The notes below the pieces were generated by a model that saw only the letters and a list, made by a program, of their open reading frames with translations, searched no databases and was not told the DNA's origin. From assembly GCA_965116885.1 (NCBI GenBank), contig OZ220741.1, positions 1,920,001-1,984,000 on the forward strand: a stretch of DNA of 64,000 bases, given 5' to 3'. The position numbers were made by a program, and so were the translations under genes. Below, piece after piece: positions 58,334 through 64,000 of this stretch (position 1 is its first letter; every line of letters starts with the position of its first letter). The stretch comes from Candidatus Latescibacterota bacterium. GTDB lineage: Bacteria > Latescibacterota > UBA2968.

Positions 58334-59233
58334 TCACCTGACGACATTTTGGCCGGCAAATCGCTCTCTGAACAGGGTCTGGCGGATCGGGGGCATGGCG
58401 TTCAGGATGCGGGGATCTGGTCTCAGCAATCTGGCGTGACCGCCATCTACGAAGTTGTAGAGGTTGGCGATGGCGATGCGGTCGTTTTCTTCATTGGTCC
58501 ACGGATGCGCGCTGTGTGTTGTTGCTTCTGCGAAAAACAGGACTGAGCCTGCTGGGCAGGAATAGGTCGTCCAGATGCTGGAGTCGGGGTCTTGTATTTC
58601 GTCGGGTGCGGTGTACACGGCTTTGTGGCTGCCCGTTACGAGGAGTGTGCCGCCCTGTTTGTGTTTGACGGGGTTCAATTCCCAGACCACGCGGGTATGT
58701 GCGCTGTTGGCTTTGCCGGGGAAGGCGTTGTAATAGTGCGCGTCGCCGGGCAGGCGATATAGTCCATTGCCATTGTGTGGGCTGAATTGGCGGGCTTCTC
58801 TTCTGCCTTCATTTCGCCGATTGGGTGCGGTTCTATACCAGAGTCCATTGGCGGCCAGGCTGAATCCATAACAATTGGGGCTTGATAAGCGGGGGTTGGC
58901 CATGAATTCGTTCATCATGCCGACTACGAGGGGGTGATCTATTAATTTTTGTGTGGGGCCTGCCAGCGGGGTGCGTTCGTGTTCGGGGAGCGATTGGGGG
59001 TCGAAGTGCAGTTGAATACAATATTCCCGCATTTCTACGATGTCCTGGTCGCTCAATACGCCGGGGACTAAGAGCCACCCGTCTTTGTCGAATCGGTACT
59101 TTTGCTCTGTGGTCGGTTCGATGATGTCTAATCCATCGCCATTTTTCTTTGCCAATGTATCTGAGTAGTCGTCCATTGGGCTGCCCAGATTTTTGTCGAT
59201 GATATAAGGTGTTACTGTTCCGTTGCTGTCCAT
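58334..59233 (-). CDS. PhyH-like dioxygenase, HxG variant (paralog 1)
   Basis: FDKDGWL, PHNG, GGTLLVTGSHK, GSVLFF...HSA...R. Confidence 0.82.
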   Translation of the reverse strand: MDSNGTVTPYIIDKNLGSPMDDYSDTLAKKNGDGLDIIEPTTEQKYRFDKDGWLLVPGVLSDQDIVEMREYCIQLHFDPQSLPEHERTPLAGPTQKLIDHPLVVGMMNEFMANPRLSSPNCYGFSLAANGLWYRTAPNRRNEGRREARQFSPHNGNGLYRLPGDAHYYNAFPGKANSAHTRVVWELNPVKHKQGGTLLVTGSHKAVYTAPDEIQDPDSSIWTTYSCPAGSVLFFAEATTHSAHPWTNEENDRIAIANLYNFVDGGHARLLRPDPRILNAMPPIRQTLFRERFAGQNVVR

Positions 59234-59250
59234 GTCGATCTCCTTTTCAA

Positions 59251-60162
59251 TTACCCGTCCATATACGCCGTTGTGCGCGGGAAGAATGTCTCCACTTTTT
59301 CGTTGTACGGTTCGCTGAAGAGCGTTTGTCTGAGGGGGGGCATGGATTCGATGAGTTTTTCAGGGGGCAACCACGAATGCCATCGGCTGGCGACGATGTT
59401 GTAGAGGTTGAATACGGCGAGGCGGTTGTTTTCGGTGTTGGTCCAGGGATGTGCGCTGTGCGTGATTGCTTCGGTGAAGAATAACAGCGATCCGGGTGGG
59501 CAGCTATATGTTTCCCACATGGTTGATTCGGGGTCGCGGACGGTTTCGGGTGCTGGATAAGCGGCTTTGTGGCTGCCCGGTACAAATAGTGTGCTGCCCT
59601 GGCCTTTTTTGACGGGGTTAAATTCCCATACGACGCGCGTTAGTCCGCTCCAGGCTTTGCCGGGGATGCACCGGTAAAAGTGGGAGTCCCAGGGCATGCG
59701 AAACAGGCCGTTGCCGTTATGTGGGCTAAATCTTCCGGGTGTTTCAGCATCGCGGTAAAACAGGTGGGATGTTTCCAGTCTGAATCCATATCGCTCGTCG
59801 TTGGCGAGGGGGGGATATGCCACAAATTCGTTCATGAATCCGACGACAATGGGGTGGTCGGCCAGTTTTTGCAATGGTCCCCCGAGCGGACAGCGTTCGT
59901 GTTCGGGTATGCTTTCGGGGTCTTTGGCCAATCGTTCGGCAAAGGTCCGCATTTCATCGCATTCGTCTTTTGAGAGTACGCCGGGGATCAAGAGCCACCC
60001 ATTGCGATCAAAGTCGTATTTTTGTTTTTCCGTTGGCAAGACTACGGGGAGACCATCCGCATTTTTTGGCGTGAGGTCTCTGGCGGATATCGCCAGCGGG
60101 CTGCCCATGTTTTTGTTGATTACAAAGGGTTCCGACCGGACGATTTTTTTTGTTTCTGGCAT
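59251..60162 (-). CDS. PhyH-like dioxygenase, HxG variant (paralog 2)
   Basis: FDRNGWL, PHNG, VPGSHK, GSLLFF...HSA...R; clearly paralogous to 58334-59233. Confidence 0.82.
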   Translation of the reverse strand: MPETKKIVRSEPFVINKNMGSPLAISARDLTPKNADGLPVVLPTEKQKYDFDRNGWLLIPGVLSKDECDEMRTFAERLAKDPESIPEHERCPLGGPLQKLADHPIVVGFMNEFVAYPPLANDERYGFRLETSHLFYRDAETPGRFSPHNGNGLFRMPWDSHFYRCIPGKAWSGLTRVVWEFNPVKKGQGSTLFVPGSHKAAYPAPETVRDPESTMWETYSCPPGSLLFFTEAITHSAHPWTNTENNRLAVFNLYNIVASRWHSWLPPEKLIESMPPLRQTLFSEPYNEKVETFFPRTTAYMDG

Positions 60163-60189
60163 AAGAGCCTCCTTTTTTCAGTTCAAACC

Positions 60190-60278
60190 GGGACCCCTCC
60201 CCCGGCCCCTCCCCGAAGCGGGGAGGGGAGACTTGATCCCCCCTTCCTCTCAGGAAGGGGGTTAGGGGGGTAGGTCCC
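60190..60278. repeat. C/G-rich nested palindromic intergenic element
   Basis: GGACC...CCCCTCCCCG-AAG-CGGGGAGGGG...CCCCCTTCCT-CTC-AGGAAGGGGG...GGTCC. Confidence 0.75.
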
Positions 60279-60280
60279 AG

Positions 60281-62269
60281 TCATTCAATCACGACAATCT
60301 GATTCATTTCGACCTTGGGCACGGTAAATGATACGCGCCCGTTCGCTACTGCAAATTCAATGTCCTCGTTTTCAGGGGCGAGATATACGCGAGATATGTC
60401 GCGGTCTTCTTTGAGGGAGACTGCAATATTGTACAGTGGGATAATGTCTTCAATTACATTTGTGTCGCCCCGTTTGATGGGGTTGGCGTACATGAGATGC
60501 AAGATTAGCCGGTTTCCTTCCCGGGGTTGGCGCGTTAGATTTACGCGGCCGCACGATGGCAGGGCTACCTGCAATAAGGGGTCGTCGTAGAGCAGGTCGA
60601 TACAGTTTTTTACCAGGTCGCGGTGCAATTGCATGCCCTGGTCGTCATAGACTCTGAAGATGGGTTGGGCGATGTGGATGATGTTGCCTTTGCGGATGAC
60701 AGAGGGCCAACCCGCGTCGCCTTCATAAGGGGTGTTTCGGTGGGAGCAGAATTTTCCGTAGGTGCGGTTGAAATACGGTTTCCACGCGGCTGCGAGTATT
60801 TCGCCGTCTGTCACTTTTGTGGTTACGCCGGATTCATAGATGAGGAATGGGGTGCGTACCATGTTTTTGGCAATGGCGTCTCCGACGACTACATATTCTA
60901 TATCGTTGGGCGAGGGTCCGGTATATTCCGCGCCGATGTTATACGCAAAACCATTTCCCGCGGGGTCCAGACCACTTTCGCCGGATGACAGGAGCTTGCC
61001 GCCGTCTGCCAGAAAGGCGTCGATTTTTGCTTTTAGTGCGTTATCCACGCGTACGCTGTCTGGTAGAATTAATAGTTGGTAGGGGGATAGGTCCATGGTT
61101 TCGTCGAGCATTAGAAACGGGATGTGGTTTTCCATGAGCATGAGTCCGGCGCCGACTTCGCTGTCTTCCAGGTCTCTGTTTTTGTGTACGCCCGAGGGTG
61201 CGAGGACCGCCACATCTACTACGTGTTCGGCACCTTCCAGCCAGGGTTCGCGTTCTTCAACGCGTTTGTACGCTTCGCCGATGATGCGATAGGTTTCTTC
61301 GTCCATTTCACCTTCTGGATGGAGTTGATCGCCTACCATACAGCGGCAATTTAATGAGATGATTTGTCCGACTTCGTATTCCAGTGCGACTGGATTTTTG
61401 AAGCCGCCAAATTCACCCCACATGCGATGGAATTTGCCCGTTTGTGCGATTGCGTTGCAGTCGGGCAGGTTTGTGAAGTAGCGCGCGTTTGTCGGGAAGT
61501 GGTTGTATCCCCACATACCTGTTGGCAGGGATTCGATTTCGTGGTGCGACCAGTAGGGGTAGAGGTCGTGGCGCCCCTTTTTGTCGCTTCCGTTGTGATA
61601 AATTGTGGCGTCGGGATTTCGGCTCCAGATGATGTCTGTGGTTTTGGTTAGATAATCTTTGTACACATCTTGTGAGTGGATAATCCGGTCTCCGGCGTTG
61701 TTGGGGTCGAGTCCTTTTTTGTGCATGCTGGCGATACACCAATCACAGGTGCAGATTTCTTCTCCGGTGATGTCGAGAAATATGCCAGAGGGGTTGTACA
61801 TGTCCATCACTTCTGTCAATACGGGCAGGACACTCGCGTCCAGGTAGGGTGTGTTGCAACACAGGCGATACCATCCGCCGTGTGGCAGGGGGGTGTGGGG
61901 GTGCATGGTGGGTCGTCCGACATAGCCCCCATCGGGTCGTCTGACGCGCCATTCGGGGTGTTCGCGCGCGGCTTTTTCCTGCCATTGTACGGTGATATAG
62001 ACGGGCATGTTGATGTCGGCTTTTTTGGCTGCGGCGAGCATGCGTCCGACGAGGTCGGTTTGCAGGTTGGGATGTCCCATATCCGTTTTTGTGGGGTAAT
62101 AACACCAGCCGTGATGGCATTGTGCAAAGATGGTTATGGAATTGACATGGCCTTTTTTCAGGGCGCCGATGAACTGGTCTTCGTCAAATTTGCCACCGAC
62201 ATTCGGGCAGTGTTCTGAGGTGTGAAAGTCCAGGTGTACCTGTCTGTAGCGGAGTTTGGCGTTTTTCAT
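60281..62269 (-). CDS. Putative glycoside hydrolase (GHL6/alpha-fucosidase-like TIM barrel with beta-galactosidase trimerisation-like domain)
   Basis: RQVHLDFHTS, FAQCHHGWCYYPT, EIESLP, WGEFGG, GDQLHP. Confidence 0.75.
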   Translation of the reverse strand: MKNAKLRYRQVHLDFHTSEHCPNVGGKFDEDQFIGALKKGHVNSITIFAQCHHGWCYYPTKTDMGHPNLQTDLVGRMLAAAKKADINMPVYITVQWQEKAAREHPEWRVRRPDGGYVGRPTMHPHTPLPHGGWYRLCCNTPYLDASVLPVLTEVMDMYNPSGIFLDITGEEICTCDWCIASMHKKGLDPNNAGDRIIHSQDVYKDYLTKTTDIIWSRNPDATIYHNGSDKKGRHDLYPYWSHHEIESLPTGMWGYNHFPTNARYFTNLPDCNAIAQTGKFHRMWGEFGGFKNPVALEYEVGQIISLNCRCMVGDQLHPEGEMDEETYRIIGEAYKRVEEREPWLEGAEHVVDVAVLAPSGVHKNRDLEDSEVGAGLMLMENHIPFLMLDETMDLSPYQLLILPDSVRVDNALKAKIDAFLADGGKLLSSGESGLDPAGNGFAYNIGAEYTGPSPNDIEYVVVGDAIAKNMVRTPFLIYESGVTTKVTDGEILAAAWKPYFNRTYGKFCSHRNTPYEGDAGWPSVIRKGNIIHIAQPIFRVYDDQGMQLHRDLVKNCIDLLYDDPLLQVALPSCGRVNLTRQPREGNRLILHLMYANPIKRGDTNVIEDIIPLYNIAVSLKEDRDISRVYLAPENEDIEFAVANGRVSFTVPKVEMNQIVVIE

Positions 62270-63732
62270 TGTTTTTCCTTTGCGGTATTGGTGTCTATCG
62301 TTTGCAGTAACGCGTTCATTTGCTTGCGCGTTTGAGGTATGTTGTCGCTGTTGAAGATTTGTTGTTCTATTTCGTCTGTCAGGCCCGCTTTTTCGCGTTC
62401 ATCCCGCAGCAAGGCTTTCATTTCGGATACTGTTGAGGCGTATTCGGGGTCCTCGGACACGTCCCGGGTTTCGCTGGGGTCTTTTTGGGTGTCGAAGAGC
62501 TGGTAATGGTCGTAGTTGTGGTTGTACCAGATGAGTTTGAAATTTTTGGTGCGTACGCCGCAGTTTGCCAGTTCGCCGTCGGGGTGGATGTCGAAGTGCT
62601 GGTAGTAGAATGCGGTTCGCCAATTGTCCGGTGTGTGTCCTTTCAGGAGGGGGACCAGGCTTCGTCCCTGGATGTCTGCGGGGATGGGCTGCCCGGCGTA
62701 TTCCAAAAAGGTCGGCGCATAGTCGAGGTTGATGACCATGTCATTTGTGTGGGTTCCGGCTGCTATTTCTCTGGGGTACCGGATTAAGAATGGGACCCGC
62801 AGGCTTTCTTCGTACATCATTTTTTTATCGACCCAGCCGTGTTCGCCCTGAAACATCCCGTTGTCCGAGGTATAGACTACAACTGTGTTTTCGACGAGGT
62901 TTTGTTCGTCGAGGTAGTTGAGGAGTCGCCCGATATTGTCATCTACCGAGGCTACACAACGGAGGTAGTCTTTGATGAAGTACTGGTAGTTTCTGTGTTT
63001 TTGCTGCTGCATGGATAATCCTTCGGGCATGGCGTCCCAGTGGGTGATGTTCCACTGTTCGTGTACGGTTTCGAGCTTGACTTGCAATGCTTCGGGAGGT
63101 ACCGGGCTGTCTCCAAAGTTGTGGTCAAATGTCTCTGGTTCGGGGATTGTTTCGTCCTGGTACATCGCCTGGTGTTTTTCGTCCGGTTCCCAGTTGTAAT
63201 GGGGGGACTTAAAATGACACAGGAGCATGAAGGGTTGTTCGGGGTTTCGCCCTTTGAGCCAGTTCAGGCATTTGCCGGTTACCAGGTCTGTCGAATATCC
63301 CTGGCTTTCTTTCCATACGGGGCCATGCGCGCCGGGTTCGATAAATCTGGGGTCAAAATAAGAGCCTTGATTCCACATGACGCTGTAGTGATCAAAGCCC
63401 GTTGGTATGCTGTGGAGATGCCATTTTCCGATGATTGCTGTTTGATATCCCGCGTCCTGTAATAGGCGGGGGAATGTTTGCTGTGTGCCGTCGAAGATAT
63501 TTCCACCGATTGATGTTTGCCCGTGGAGATGTGCGTATTTTCCGGTTAAGATGGAGGCGCGGCTGGGCGAGCACAAGGAGTAGGTTACGTAACAATTGTC
63601 CAGGCGCATCCCTCCGTGGGCAATGCGGTCCATGTTGGGGGTGTGGTTGATCTGGCTGCCGTAGCAACTCAGGGCACCGGTTCCATGGTCGTCTGTCATG
63701 ATGTAGAGGATGTTGGGGCGTTTATCTGACAT
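62266..63732 (-). CDS. Sulfatase
   Basis: PNILYIMTDDH, CSPSRASILTG, GKWHL, SDNG. Confidence 0.95.
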   Translation of the reverse strand: MSDKRPNILYIMTDDHGTGALSCYGSQINHTPNMDRIAHGGMRLDNCYVTYSLCSPSRASILTGKYAHLHGQTSIGGNIFDGTQQTFPRLLQDAGYQTAIIGKWHLHSIPTGFDHYSVMWNQGSYFDPRFIEPGAHGPVWKESQGYSTDLVTGKCLNWLKGRNPEQPFMLLCHFKSPHYNWEPDEKHQAMYQDETIPEPETFDHNFGDSPVPPEALQVKLETVHEQWNITHWDAMPEGLSMQQQKHRNYQYFIKDYLRCVASVDDNIGRLLNYLDEQNLVENTVVVYTSDNGMFQGEHGWVDKKMMYEESLRVPFLIRYPREIAAGTHTNDMVINLDYAPTFLEYAGQPIPADIQGRSLVPLLKGHTPDNWRTAFYYQHFDIHPDGELANCGVRTKNFKLIWYNHNYDHYQLFDTQKDPSETRDVSEDPEYASTVSEMKALLRDEREKAGLTDEIEQQIFNSDNIPQTRKQMNALLQTIDTNTAKEKQ

Positions 63733-64000
63733 TTTTTTCCCTTTTAATTCGAATATCGTCTTCTGTCAATGTTCGGCCCAGGGCACTGTCCCAGTTCATG
63801 CTTTCTTTTTCGGGCGTTGTTTGTACGGTTCCGGGCATTCCGCAGATGTACATTTCATGCGTGCCCCAGTGCTTCGTGTCTTCGGCGATCCTTTGCCTGT
63901 TCCTGGTATTGGTATGCTGAATGGTTGCTTTCATATAGTGTACGATATAGGCACGCCGAAACCGGTCGGATGTGTTGGGTGTGCTGCGGTGAAATAGGGC
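63722..64000 (-). CDS. C-terminal part of a PhyH-family dioxygenase (runs off window)
   Basis: Frame is open to the window end and reads ALFHRSTPNTSDRFRRAYIVHY, the distal His and Arg motif of PhyH proteins. Confidence 0.75.
   Translation of the reverse strand, partial: ALFHRSTPNTSDRFRRAYIVHYMKATIQHTNTRNRQRIAEDTKHWGTHEMYICGMPGTVQTTPEKESMNWDSALGRTLTEDDIRIKREKNVR

Overview
Bacterial window in three parts. (1) 1-7450: a 5'-truncated Ser/Thr kinase-AAA-TPR-GAF-sigma54 activator, then three TGTAAA-N6-TTTACA-type boxes, an IHF-like site and a well-formed sigma54 promoter. The promoter precedes a 60-aa acidic peptide, a radical SAM/SPASM maturase and a methyltransferase (candidate RiPP locus). (2) ~7450-39200: an accessory region, visibly AT-richer from ~11.7 kb. 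It holds cassette-like genes (tyrosinase between 50-bp direct repeats, patatin, YHYH protein), an AraC response regulator and a glycan-biosynthesis cluster. Nested in that cluster is a second peptide system: ACP, S8 protease-DUF1611-like fusion, redoxin, beta-propeller lipoprotein, ABC exporter, rhodanese, MauE/DoxX, a BtrH-like protein, and two paralogous precursors with a shared leader and divergent Cys/acid-rich cores. A structured element of up to ~85-100 nt recurs five times upstream of genes here, and each precursor gene is bracketed by hairpins with complementary loops. An internally deleted IS256-type element sits in a methyltransferase 3' end. (3) 39200-64000: mostly minus-strand catabolic genes (three sulfatases, arylsulfotransferase, GH29, GH32, seven PhyH-family dioxygenases, two with an HxG rather than HxD motif) with REP-like palindromes. 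This content resembles marine sponge-associated Poribacteria/Latescibacterota-type genomes (inference only). All family calls are by eye from motifs; no searches were run.
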